A model generated the notes under the pieces. The model saw only the letters and a program-made list of their open reading frames with translations. It was not told the origin of the DNA and did no database searches. DNA of 64,000 nt from a virus: the IMG/VR virus record IMGVR_UViG_3300050821_004371, positions 1 to 64,000 of that record; one strand, given 5' to 3'. Numbering within the stretch: the stretch's first letter is position 1; each line of letters opens with the position of its first letter. Below are positions 50,732 through 59,647 of this stretch, piece after piece. Position numbers and translations under genes: made by a program.

Positions 50732-51038
50732 TTTACAAAATACCAGTCATCGGTTACGTGGTCTCTTTTGTCGAATATCAGCGGGCAAATCGCGCCTATT
50801 GGAAAGTGGCGGATAAAGGCCCTGAATTTCCAGAGTACAACAAAGCGTACGCCGCAACCTGGGTCGCTTTCGATCATACTTTTGAAGCCTTCTGTTGGAC
50901 GAGCGGATTTTTAATACTCGCCGCGATAGTTGGCGGAATGGTGTTTCTCCCGTGCATCTAGAAAGAGGAGTCTTTCCGCAAGATTTGGTCAGAGGGAAGA
51001 ACACCCCGAAAGCAGAAGACGAGGTTGAAAAGGAACTG

Positions 51039-51356
51039 ATGCGGATTTATCGGATCGCCCCAGTAGCGTTCTCTGGGGCCGATATGACGGGCTTTACAAT
51101 CGGGGTAAAGCAGGAAGAGATTCTCTGCATTATACAGAAAACAGATTACGAGAAATTGCCCGAGGAATCAAGGCCAACACTGATAATGCGGTACATTTTC
51201 AAAACTCCCGAGGAACAAGAAGCATTCAGCCTCGGGTCTCGTATTGAGGTCGTCACGGGCTTCGAGCCTTTTGCTACGATGGTTTATGGAAGCCCGCAAT
51301 CTTTTGGGGCATACGATGAAAAGACCGGGCAGTACGTTTCGGAGGTTGGTAATTAA
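51039..51356 (+). CDS. Hypothetical protein
   Basis: AAGGA RBS. Confidence 0.55.
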   Translation: MRIYRIAPVAFSGADMTGFTIGVKQEEILCIIQKTDYEKLPEESRPTLIMRYIFKTPEEQEAFSLGSRIEVVTGFEPFATMVYGSPQSFGAYDEKTGQYVSEVGN

Positions 51357-51841
51357 TGATCCTAGAAATCGGGTATCTGACGCCGCAGCGGTATACAGAT
51401 GAAATCAATATACTCAAACGCATCCAGGGCGGGTGTACGCAAATAATTGCGGAAATTTCTCCCGCCGACAGGTCGTTCTTCGAAAACGAGGGATTTTTCG
51501 TCGGCGGGACAGTTTCTCCCAAAACCGGGCCCATCCGTCTCATCGTCAAGAAGAATCTTCGAATAGACATCAGCGAGCCGTTGTGTACGGAAAATGAATT
51601 AACTATCGCGGAATCTGAGTTCCTGAAGATGCTAGCGGCCCGCTATCCTACACCGTATGCGCCTTGCATTGGTTTGTCGCCCGACTGGAGGACGATAGCC
51701 CGAGAATGGTATGAGGGACCTTATAAGCGGGCAATGCAAGAAGTCGGAGATCGAATTGCCCGCAGCGGTGGAGAAAGCCAACTAACAATGGTCGGCAATT
51801 TCGAGGGGTCCCCAGACGGAACGGACACGTGGAAAATATGA
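51356..51841 (+). CDS. Hypothetical protein
   Basis: GGAGG RBS, TAATG coupling. Confidence 0.6.
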   Translation: MILEIGYLTPQRYTDEINILKRIQGGCTQIIAEISPADRSFFENEGFFVGGTVSPKTGPIRLIVKKNLRIDISEPLCTENELTIAESEFLKMLAARYPTPYAPCIGLSPDWRTIAREWYEGPYKRAMQEVGDRIARSGGESQLTMVGNFEGSPDGTDTWKI

Positions 51842-52403
51842 AAGTCTACGTCGTAATGTCGGGTTTCTATGACCAATACGGTCTCAGTCAAGTCTTCGGG
51901 ACCCGAGAATCGGCTGAGAAATACATCCAGCGGCACGTTAAAGGCGCATCTTCTTGGGCGGACGAGGTGCAGCCCGGATTCTATCACACGATAGAGGCTG
52001 TAGTCGGAACCGAATCCCAAGAATCAGAGTTGGTTTATTTATGACATTTATAACAAACGCTAGCATCAAATATCCCTCGGGCGATGTCCGAGTTGCCTTC
52101 GACAGGGAATTGGAAGTGACGGTTGATACCCTATTGGAGAAGCAAGACATCATTCGGATGGCTGCACAAATTCTGGCGGGAGTTGCGAAATCCGATCAAA
52201 TCCAGATTCGGGTATCGGCTGGCGATTTGCTGGCTGTTTTGGACCCTCATGCGGAAAAGGAGCAAGAAGCCTGAGATGCCCGAGATATATTGGTATACGA
52301 AAGAAGACATTGATCGTCTCGGTAGACGTATATGTCCGAAGTGTGGTAAAATATACCGTGAGTGCAAATGTTCCGATGAAGAAACCTGAGATCAAAATTC
52401 CGT

Positions 52404-52462
52404 GACGGGGCGTGTCTAGACGAGACTACACTAGACAGGACGTGACAAGACATGACAAGAAC
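52404..52462 (+). repeat. GAC-NN pentamer array 1a (11 units plus GAAC tail); candidate guide RNA
   Basis: GACGG GGCGT GTCTA GACGA GACTA CACTA GACAG GACGT GACAA GACAT GACAA GAAC. Confidence 0.85.
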
Positions 52463-52476
52463 TTTGATTTTTGCTA

Positions 52477-52519
52477 GACTAGACATGATTCGACCCGACG
52501 AGACCGGACAAGACGAGAA
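52477..52519 (+). repeat. GAC-NN pentamer array 1b (8 units)
   Basis: GACTA GACAT GATTC GACCC GACGA GACCG GACAA GACGA GAA. Confidence 0.85.
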
Positions 52520-52528
52520 AGGCCAAAA

Positions 52529-53380
52529 GTGAACAGCGAAGCGACGACCTTAAATCATCTGACCGAAATTGAAACCATGCTCCAAGACTACGAACCTATA
52601 GTCAAGCAGAGCATGTTGATTGACGGACAGGCTCGGTATGTAACTTGGGATTTCCGCAAAACCGCGCACGAAACTATTGAGCTTCTTCAGATCACCGATA
52701 TTCAGTTCGGGCACAAACAGTGCGACGAACAGAAATTGCACGAATACTTGTCGTGGGTCTTGGCCGCCGATAATCGCTACATTCTGCTTGTTGGCGATTT
52801 GATTGACGCGGGGCACCAATTGTCCAAGGGAAGTTGCTTCGAGCAGATTGGCGATCCGCAGACCGAAGTTTGGCGGCTTGTAGAAATTCTCGCCCCGCTT
52901 CGGCACCGCATTCTTGGGTATGTCGGCGGCAATCATGAGCGGCGTACGATCCCGACCTTCGGAGATGCTGGGAAGAACATCGCATCCATTTTGCGGATTC
53001 CGTACAGCCCTGGCAAGCAGCACATCGACATCTTGTTCGGGGATCATAAACCGTTCAAGATCACTCTCTGGCATGGTGGGGGAAGCGGCGGGACAAAAGG
53101 CGCTATCGCTAACACGGTATACCGCCTGATGATGCAGGCGGACTCTCAACTGTACCTTCTTGGACACCTTCACCAAGCCGTTGTGTTGCCCGATGCTCGC
53201 GAAACCAGAGACGGGAAAGGCGGGATTAAAATCACTAAGATCATGGGCGCGATGGGCACATCGTTCTTAAAGCATTATGGGACGTACGCCGAAGTAATCA
53301 TGGGAACCCGCCCGCAGACAATTATGATGGCTCGTGCTATAATCGAAAAGAACGGACATTGGGAGTTGACTTTACGCTAG
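52529..53380 (+). CDS. Calcineurin-like metallophosphoesterase
   Basis: TDIQFG, GDLID, GNHE, WHG, GHLH. Confidence 0.85.
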   Translation: MNSEATTLNHLTEIETMLQDYEPIVKQSMLIDGQARYVTWDFRKTAHETIELLQITDIQFGHKQCDEQKLHEYLSWVLAADNRYILLVGDLIDAGHQLSKGSCFEQIGDPQTEVWRLVEILAPLRHRILGYVGGNHERRTIPTFGDAGKNIASILRIPYSPGKQHIDILFGDHKPFKITLWHGGGSGGTKGAIANTVYRLMMQADSQLYLLGHLHQAVVLPDARETRDGKGGIKITKIMGAMGTSFLKHYGTYAEVIMGTRPQTIMMARAIIEKNGHWELTLR

Positions 53381-53434
53381 ACTCGTCACGACGCGACGCG
53401 ACGTGACATGACTGGACAAGACATGACAAGAACC
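53380..53434 (+). repeat. GAC-NN pentamer array 2 (10 units plus GAACC tail)
   Basis: GACTC GTCAC GACGC GACGC GACGT GACAT GACTG GACAA GACAT GACAA GAACC. Confidence 0.9.
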
Positions 53435-53626
53435 AATCATAGCGGATTCTTAAAGGGGCTGGAAGCTCAAGCCCAAAAGTTGATTCGGGAAGTGAAGCGG
53501 GAATCGGGGGTCAAAAAGCCCGGAGATAAGCCTTTGCTTATTGTACCGCCCGATCTCTCATTGCCCGAACGACAAACAATTTCTGGCGGGGCGAGATTAG
53601 TTCGCCCGCCAAACGATGTTTCGTGA
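53408..53626 (+). CDS. Small ORF between arrays 2 and 3 (start uncertain)
   Basis: 72 aa; its ATGs come from array units and its stop overlaps array 3. Confidence 0.35.
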   Translation: MTGQDMTRTNHSGFLKGLEAQAQKLIREVKRESGVKKPGDKPLLIVPPDLSLPERQTISGGARLVRPPNDVS

Positions 53627-53689
53627 CCGGACTGGACACGACGCGATTAGACAGGACAGGATTTGACTAGACCGGACATGACAAGAACC
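53625..53689 (+). repeat. GAC-NN pentamer array 3 (12 units plus GAACC tail)
   Basis: GACCG GACTG GACAC GACGC GATTA GACAG GACAG GATTT GACTA GACCG GACAT GACAA GAACC. Confidence 0.9.
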
Positions 53690-53731
53690 AGATTGTACAA
53701 AAGCTAAATTCAACCGCTCAAGGAGAGCAAA

Positions 53732-54310
53732 ATGAAAACAGCAAAAGTACGCCTGAAGTCAGCATCCCCGTATGCCCAAGGACGGCATTACGCAAACGAA
53801 GTTCCTAAGCTTAACAAGGAAGGCGCGGACGCCTACGAGCAGCGCACTTGGGTCAACCGCTTGCACACCACGACCGAAGGCAAGGTTTTGATTCCGCCCT
53901 TCGCGTTCAAGAACGCTTTAGATGATGCCGCCAAGTTCCTCGGCGAGCAGATTCCGGGCAAGGGAAAGTCAACGTACACAAAACATTTTCAGGCAGGCGT
54001 CATGGTGCTGGACCCGATGGTTCTCAAGACGCATAAGGACGATGTTCGCAAGGAAGCCCGATTCGTGCCCGCAGATGGCAAGCCCGGAAGCGGCAAGCGG
54101 GTTATGAAGTATTTCCCTGTGATCGACTCGTGGGAAGGTGAGGTCGAATTTCTCGTGCTAGACGATACAATCACGTTGCCCGTGTTGGAGCACCATTTGA
54201 AGCAAGCGGGGCAGTTCATCGGCCTCGGCGTATCTCGCCCGCGTAATCGTGGCGTATATGGGCGGTTCATCGTGGAAAAGGTGGAATGGAAGGATTCTGC
54301 AACAGTTTAA
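53732..54310 (+). CDS. Stand-alone Cas7/RAMP-like RNA-binding protein
   Basis: AAGGAG RBS; N-terminal strand VRLKSASPY, GKVLIPPFAFKNALDDAA (cf. RAMP IPgSslKGalR), C-terminal Gly loop FIGLGVSRPRNRGVYGRF. Confidence 0.7.
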   Translation: MKTAKVRLKSASPYAQGRHYANEVPKLNKEGADAYEQRTWVNRLHTTTEGKVLIPPFAFKNALDDAAKFLGEQIPGKGKSTYTKHFQAGVMVLDPMVLKTHKDDVRKEARFVPADGKPGSGKRVMKYFPVIDSWEGEVEFLVLDDTITLPVLEHHLKQAGQFIGLGVSRPRNRGVYGRFIVEKVEWKDSATV

Positions 54311-54314
54311 GCGA

Positions 54315-54383
54315 GACGGATCGGGACGCGGCATGGCTTGACTTGATTTGACACGATACGACTTGACGAGACTTGACACGAGG
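54315..54383 (+). repeat. GAC-NN pentamer array 4 (13 units)
   Basis: GACGG ATCGG GACGC GGCAT GGCTT GACTT GATTT GACAC GATAC GACTT GACGA GACTT GACAC GAGG. Confidence 0.88.
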
Positions 54384-54388
54384 TTTTA

Positions 54389-55363
54389 ATGGCTCTCAAA
54401 GAAGCTCTCACCCGTTTAGATAAATTGTTTGGGAAAGGCGTTGTCCTTCGCCTTGGAGACCACAAACCCGTTTCCGTTGAAAGTATAAGCACGGGCATCA
54501 TGGGACTTGACAACGCCATCGGCATTGGCGGGCTTCCCAAAGGCCGAGTGGTAGAAATCATCGGGGCTGAATCGGGAGGCAAAACCACCCTCACTTTGTC
54601 CGTGATTGCAGAATGCCAAAAAGCAGGGGGTATCGCAGCTTTTATCGATGCCGAGCATAGTTTTGATCCAGTTTGGGCCAAGAAGCTGGGCGTGGATGTG
54701 GACAACCTGCTGGTTTCGCAGCCGGACTATGGCGAGCAGGCTCTCGAAATCGCGGAGAGTTTGATTCGGTCGGGCGATATAGGAATCGTTGTTGTTGATT
54801 CCGTAGCGGCTTTGACGCCAAAAAGCGAGATTGAAGGAGAATTCGGCGACTCGCAGATGGGTTTACAAGCCCGAATGATGTCGCAGGCAATGCGTAAGCT
54901 GACCTCCGCCACTCATAAATCCAACGCAATTCTGGTGATGATAAACCAAATTCGCGAGAAGATTGGCGTTTTTTACGGGTCTAATGAAACAACTCCTGGT
55001 GGGCGGGCCCTACGTTTTTATTCAAGTGTCCGCCTAGACGTACGTCGAGCGTCCACGCTGAAAGATGGGGAAGAACCAAGGGGCATTCGCGTCAAGGTTA
55101 AGGTAATCAAGAATAAGTGTTCGGCTCCGTTTAAGACGGCAGAATTCGATCTGATTTTCGGGCGCGGAATTGACAAAGAAGGCGATCTCGTTGATCTCTG
55201 TACGGAAAACGGAGTGATTTCTAAGAGCGGGGCGTGGTTCGTCACCGAGGGCGGTAGGAAGTTTCAGGGTAGGGATGCCGTGGTTCAGGCGTTTCGCGAT
55301 GATTCGGATTATGCGGGCGGGTTCAAAACCAAGTTGCTCGAAAAGCTATGCTCAAAAGGATGA
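54389..55363 (+). CDS. recA: RecA recombinase
   Basis: [61 protein letters not shown]. Confidence 0.96.
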   Translation: MALKEALTRLDKLFGKGVVLRLGDHKPVSVESISTGIMGLDNAIGIGGLPKGRVVEIIGAESGGKTTLTLSVIAECQKAGGIAAFIDAEHSFDPVWAKKLGVDVDNLLVSQPDYGEQALEIAESLIRSGDIGIVVVDSVAALTPKSEIEGEFGDSQMGLQARMMSQAMRKLTSATHKSNAILVMINQIREKIGVFYGSNETTPGGRALRFYSSVRLDVRRASTLKDGEEPRGIRVKVKVIKNKCSAPFKTAEFDLIFGRGIDKEGDLVDLCTENGVISKSGAWFVTEGGRKFQGRDAVVQAFRDDSDYAGGFKTKLLEKLCSKG

Positions 55364-55460
55364 AAAATCGCTATCGAGAAGTAAAAATGCTTCATATCGG
55401 GCTAGGCTCGGGCGTCTGGCATTTGATCGATATCGTTTACGTGCTTACGGGCAGGATATT

Positions 55461-56402
55461 ATGAACCTTCACAGCTATCCAAAAGTTTTTGCTATCGGGC
55501 ACCGAGCGGTTGCCGACCTGTTTCAGGGCCCCGTGCTCGTTGAGGAAAAGATTGACGGCAGCCAGTTTTCCTTCGGTACGGTTAACGGACAACTTGAGCT
55601 CCGATCCAAAGGCGCGGAACTCTACCCCGACAACCCCGAGAAGATGTTCTCGCTCGGAATCTCTGCCGCCAAAGAACTAATCCCCGTCCTTCACGATGGC
55701 TGGACGTATCGGGCGGAGTTCCTCCAGAAGCCGAAGCATAATTGCATGAAGTACGGGCGGGTGCCTGCCCGCAACGTGATCTTGTTCGATGTCAATACGG
55801 GCGACGAAGTTTATTTAACTCGGGAAGAAAAGGAAGAAGAAGCTGCCCGTATCGGGCTGGAAATAACGCCCGTACTTTATCAGGGCTTGGTAGACTCGCC
55901 CGAAACTCTTTACGGGCTTCTGAAACGAGATAGCATCCTTGGCGGAGGGAAGATCGAAGGAATCGTAGTCAAGAACTACAATCAGTTTGGCGCGGACAAG
56001 AAAGTCCTGATGGGGAAGTTCGTGACGGAGGAATTCAAGGAAACGCATTCCAAAGAATGGAAAGCCGATAACCCGAGCGTAGGAGACGTAATAGATCGAA
56101 TCGTAGCAACTCTGCGGTCAGAAGTCCGCTGGAATAAATCCATTGCCCGGATGAAAGAAGCGGGGGCGCTCGAAAATTCCCCCAAAGATATCGGAATCTT
56201 GCTCAAAGAAATCCAAACAGATATCCGAGCGGAAGAACTTGACTTCATTCAAGGTAAACTGCTAGAGTACGCTCTGCCTCGCGTCCTGCGGGCGTCCACG
56301 GGAGGATTCCCCGAATACTACAAGAAACTGCTGCTTGAATCAGCATTCGAGGAGAAAGAAAGTGCACCATCGTTGGGAGGGTCGTCACGAGAAGTCAATT
56401 GA
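55461..56402 (+). CDS. ATP-dependent RNA ligase (Rnl2-like)
   Basis: YPK, EEKIDGSQF (motif I), YRAEF, ILFDV, IEGIVVK. Confidence 0.75.
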   Translation: MNLHSYPKVFAIGHRAVADLFQGPVLVEEKIDGSQFSFGTVNGQLELRSKGAELYPDNPEKMFSLGISAAKELIPVLHDGWTYRAEFLQKPKHNCMKYGRVPARNVILFDVNTGDEVYLTREEKEEEAARIGLEITPVLYQGLVDSPETLYGLLKRDSILGGGKIEGIVVKNYNQFGADKKVLMGKFVTEEFKETHSKEWKADNPSVGDVIDRIVATLRSEVRWNKSIARMKEAGALENSPKDIGILLKEIQTDIRAEELDFIQGKLLEYALPRVLRASTGGFPEYYKKLLLESAFEEKESAPSLGGSSREVN

Positions 56403-56567
56403 GGAAATAGCGAGCGAAATCGGTTGCTCGAAGCGGGCGGTCAAACAGGCGTTAGATCGAGGAATGAAGAAGCTTAGGGACGGGCGGGCTGTACGAATAA
56501 AGGATTTGGCAATCGCCCGAGAAAAGGAAGTTCGTTACGGGCTTCCGAGGATAGTCAAGGAGGGTTT

Positions 56568-56870
56568 GTGAGCACTATAACTGATCCGCTGGATTTAGTC
56601 TTAACCGTCAACAATTTACCAGAGAATAGTTTGGCTCTAGAAGTCGCGACGGAGATCGGGCGAGCAAGATCGATGTTTCCTGCTATCCATAATCCGCACG
56701 AAGGGCTGGCAGTCATCCGCGAAGAGTATTTGGAGTTCGAAGCCGAGGTCTGGAAATACAACCCTTTTAAGAATCGCGACACTCGACCACAAATGAGAAC
56801 CGAGCTTATTCAGTTGGCAGCGATGGCCCTGCGGACAATCCTAGACACTATTGATAAGGACCCAGCATGA
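56568..56870 (+). CDS. MazG-like all-alpha NTP pyrophosphatase
   Basis: HEGLAVIREEYLEFEAEV...ELIQLAAMA. Confidence 0.6.
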   Translation: MSTITDPLDLVLTVNNLPENSLALEVATEIGRARSMFPAIHNPHEGLAVIREEYLEFEAEVWKYNPFKNRDTRPQMRTELIQLAAMALRTILDTIDKDPA

Positions 56871-57271
56871 AAGTCTACTTAGCAGCAGGTTTCTCCCGTA
56901 AAAACGAAATTGCCGAGAAATCTCAAGAGCTTGAGAATCTCGGCATAGTTGTAACATCGACTTGGCCTTACGAGGATATTTCGGGCAACGCTAAACTTCA
57001 CGAGGTTTCGGACGAATACCTCCGCACCCACGCCCGAAAAGACTTGAATGAAATCCTTTCAGCGGACGCGATCATATTGTTCACCCAAGACCCTCTGGTT
57101 CCGTTTCATCGTGGCGGGCGAATGCACGAGACGGGTTTTGCTCACGCGCTCGGAAAGTCCCTGCTGATCTGCGGGCCTCGGGAGAACCTATTTCATTGGC
57201 TGCCCGAGTTCAACCAGTTCAACACTTGGGAAGAACTCAAGGCAACTTTAACCAAAGCTATTCTTGTCTAG
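56867..57271 (+). CDS. Nucleoside 2-deoxyribosyltransferase/N-hydrolase-like protein
   Basis: KVYLAAGF, DL.EI..ADAII, G..HETGFA.ALGK. Confidence 0.7.
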   Translation: MKVYLAAGFSRKNEIAEKSQELENLGIVVTSTWPYEDISGNAKLHEVSDEYLRTHARKDLNEILSADAIILFTQDPLVPFHRGGRMHETGFAHALGKSLLICGPRENLFHWLPEFNQFNTWEELKATLTKAILV

Positions 57272-57278
57272 GAGAAAT

Positions 57279-57740
57279 ATGTCGTACGAGGAACACAGAG
57301 ATGTTATTCTCGGGCCAATTCCGCCCGTTGATCCTAAATTGAAAGAGTTGCTGAAGAAAGAGCCCGTAGCTTACGTTGAGGATAAGCCTACGCAGTTTTT
57401 GGTTGCGGGCGAAAAGAAATCAATCCTGCCCGAATCTGCTGCTGAAAGAAAAAAGATTCCGATTGGTACGGGCGTCCTCGACTACTTCCCCGCCGCTTTG
57501 GCTGCCGTCGCCGCTGTGTCGTTTGCGGGCAACGAGCAGCATAATCCTGGTCAAGAACTTCACTGGTCGCGAGGGAAGTCTGGCGATCAGGCGGATACTT
57601 TGATTCGACACTTTCTGGAGCGCGGGACTTTGGATGTTGACGGGCACCGCCACTCGGCAAAACTTGCGTGGAGGGCGCTCGCCATACTCCAACTTGAACT
57701 TGAAGCCGAAGGCGCTCCAATTGCCCGAGGAGCTAAATAG
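57279..57740 (+). CDS. DUF5664-like (dATP/dGTP diphosphohydrolase-related) protein
   Basis: YFPAALAAVA.VS..GN.QH, LHW.R.KS, RH, H.AK.AWRALA.LQ. Confidence 0.65.
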   Translation: MSYEEHRDVILGPIPPVDPKLKELLKKEPVAYVEDKPTQFLVAGEKKSILPESAAERKKIPIGTGVLDYFPAALAAVAAVSFAGNEQHNPGQELHWSRGKSGDQADTLIRHFLERGTLDVDGHRHSAKLAWRALAILQLELEAEGAPIARGAK

Positions 57741-57748
57741 GAGGAAAT

Positions 57749-58000
57749 ATGTGCGTAGTTAGTGCTATGATTGACAGTTCCCGGCAATGGGGCCCGATTC
57801 AAAAATGGCCGTATCCCGTAGTACAAGATATGTCAGACATTATCCGAAGGCTCGCGGAGATCGACAAGAAACTCGGGGCCAAGGACTGCTTTGATCCCAA
57901 GAAAGATTTTTTCATTCAGGAATTGTCCGAACGATTGGCGGCTTTAGAAGCGGTAGCGAAGACGAAGAAAGCTCGTAAGAAAATACAGAAAACGAACTAA
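57749..58000 (+). CDS. Hypothetical protein, last gene of the plus arm
   Basis: AGGAGG RBS; convergent overlap with 57997..58218. Confidence 0.65.
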   Translation: MCVVSAMIDSSRQWGPIQKWPYPVVQDMSDIIRRLAEIDKKLGAKDCFDPKKDFFIQELSERLAALEAVAKTKKARKKIQKTN

Positions 58001-58218
58001 AGCCCGATCTTCTTGGCGACAACATGGAACGCCCCGACTAGGGGGACGATCACGGCGCTCTGAATCCAGAATCGGGTGTCGGCGGTCTTCTGGGCGTCTT
58101 CGAGCATTGTGACGCGCCCGTGCTCGCCCGCAAGACTTTCAAGCATACCCTTAATCTGCCCGATATCTGACGCCATCTGTAAATTGTATTCCCGTCTCTC
58201 GTGATGCTCGATTTCCAT
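57997..58218 (-). CDS. Small coiled-coil + TM protein (holin-like)
   Basis: AAAGGA RBS; C-terminal hydrophobic helix. Confidence 0.45.
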   Translation of the reverse strand: MEIEHHERREYNLQMASDIGQIKGMLESLAGEHGRVTMLEDAQKTADTRFWIQSAVIVPLVGAFHVVAKKIGL

Positions 58219-58252
58219 ATTTTCCTTTCGGGCGATTTATACTTTTTCCGTA

Positions 58253-59251
58253 CTACGCGGGTCCGATGGCAAGCCAAGTAAACGGCGACCCGTCAGAACT
58301 TACCGTAGTAAAACTTGAAGCCGACGTTGTGTTCAACTGAGTCGTGCCCGTGCCGGGGCCCGTGCTCAACAAGACGTTCGGGGTTCCGCTGAAGGCGGGA
58401 CTGAAATTTACGGTCGTGCTGCCCGTGGCCGTCCCGTATTCGATTCTGAGCCCGTTTGCGGGCGGGATTATCAAGCCCGTTTGCCAATCGGCAGCGCTTG
58501 AGGAAGTCGCGGTCAAAACCTGTCCGGCAGTCGGCGTCCCGCTGACGGTTACGCCCGAAATCTGAGTTGTGTTTGTCGATCCTTGCGGGCCTTGGAATCC
58601 TCTCGGGCCTTGGGTCCCCTGAGCGCCCTGGAATCCCTGTGGGCCAGCTCCGGGCGGACCCCACTGGACACCGACGCCCGTAGATGTCAGAACTTCCCCA
58701 GACGTTCCCTGAAACCCGATATTATCGGTAAGCTTCCCGTAGATTCCAACGTTGAGCAGCGCCGCGTCCCATTCCGCGCCCTGAAAACCGAGGCTCTGGG
58801 TCGTGTTGTTTGTCGCAGGCAATAGACTGAAATCCTGAATCGTCTGGTCGCCCGAAGGAATCAGAAGAACCGCTCCCGGATAGCTGACGCTCGAACTTGC
58901 GGGCGTCAACGTCGCGAGATTGATCGGGCCGGGGCCCATGATTACGACGTTGGTAGGCCCGAAAACCAAAGCGCCCGTCCCGTCGTAAACGGTCATGTAG
59001 TAGAACGTGCCCGAGGGGACAAGGGCGGTATTCGGCCAAAGTTGGGCGTTCGCGGATTGCGGAATGCTGCCTAAATTATTGAGAGCGAAAGAAACAGTGG
59101 GCGGGCAAATCTGATTGGTGTTGAGAACTGTGGCGTCTTGAGAAAGACGGAAAGTTATAGTCCCGTACGGATTCGGGACACCAGAGGAAAATGCAATCGG
59201 TTGCCCGTCTGCGAGTGTGAAGCCACCGCCATATATCTGAACTGTCGCCAT
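58253..59251 (-). CDS. Tail fibre/spike with collagen-like segment
   Basis: GPQGFQGAQGTQGPRGFQGPQG; C-terminal TVNFSPAFSGTP..WLAIG (H-type lectin-like). Confidence 0.75.
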   Translation of the reverse strand: MATVQIYGGGFTLADGQPIAFSSGVPNPYGTITFRLSQDATVLNTNQICPPTVSFALNNLGSIPQSANAQLWPNTALVPSGTFYYMTVYDGTGALVFGPTNVVIMGPGPINLATLTPASSSVSYPGAVLLIPSGDQTIQDFSLLPATNNTTQSLGFQGAEWDAALLNVGIYGKLTDNIGFQGTSGEVLTSTGVGVQWGPPGAGPQGFQGAQGTQGPRGFQGPQGSTNTTQISGVTVSGTPTAGQVLTATSSSAADWQTGLIIPPANGLRIEYGTATGSTTVNFSPAFSGTPNVLLSTGPGTGTTQLNTTSASSFTTVSSDGSPFTWLAIGPA

Positions 59252-59259
59252 TTAGTCCT

Positions 59260-59637
59260 CTAGACGTAATTGATACTGACCGCGCAACTAGTTGCCGGAG
59301 ACGTCGTAGAGCCGACAGCCGAGCCCGTTACGCACCAAGCGACCACGCCCGTGCCGAAAGTCAATCCGGGAGTCGATGCCCCTGAATTCACGAAGTAAAA
59401 GGTCTGCTCACTGCTCCCCGGAACCATCAGGCAAACGTCGGGGTTAGTGGTTCCGACCGTCGCCGAGGTTGCGTTCGCCAGCTTCACGTATATGGCCGAA
59501 ACCGTGGAATTCGTTACTTGAACCCAATAAACAAGGGCGCTGGATGCTTTGATGTCGTCGGCGGTGTTGCCCATCGCCGTATCGGTAAAGATATACGAGC
59601 TAGCGGGCGTGGAAATAGGAACTGTTGAAACGCTCAT
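59260..59637 (-). CDS. Putative virion structural protein
   Basis: T/S/V-rich, AAGGA RBS. Confidence 0.55.
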   Translation of the reverse strand: MSVSTVPISTPASSYIFTDTAMGNTADDIKASSALVYWVQVTNSTVSAIYVKLANATSATVGTTNPDVCLMVPGSSEQTFYFVNSGASTPGLTFGTGVVAWCVTGSAVGSTTSPATSCAVSINYV

Positions 59638-59647
59638 CGGTTTATCC

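Noticed and set aside
52404-54383. Conventional CRISPR array
   Set aside because: No 25-40 nt direct repeats with unique spacers and no cas1/cas2; the period is 5 nt.
52404-54383. Arrays as simple microsatellites or coding repeats
   Set aside because: Units differ at two fixed positions nearly every time, arrays are largely intergenic, period 5 does not fit codons, and three share a tail.
52404-54383. Arrays targeting the genome's own TACGGAAAA motif
   Set aside because: NN strings, contiguous or with one-base gaps, did not match by eye; a full self-target search was not possible.
56568-57740. 2-aminoadenine (Z) genome
   Set aside because: No PurZ/PurA-like gene in the window.
58253-59251. 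Diversity-generating retroelement acting on the tail fibre
   Set aside because: No reverse transcriptase or template/variable repeat pair seen.
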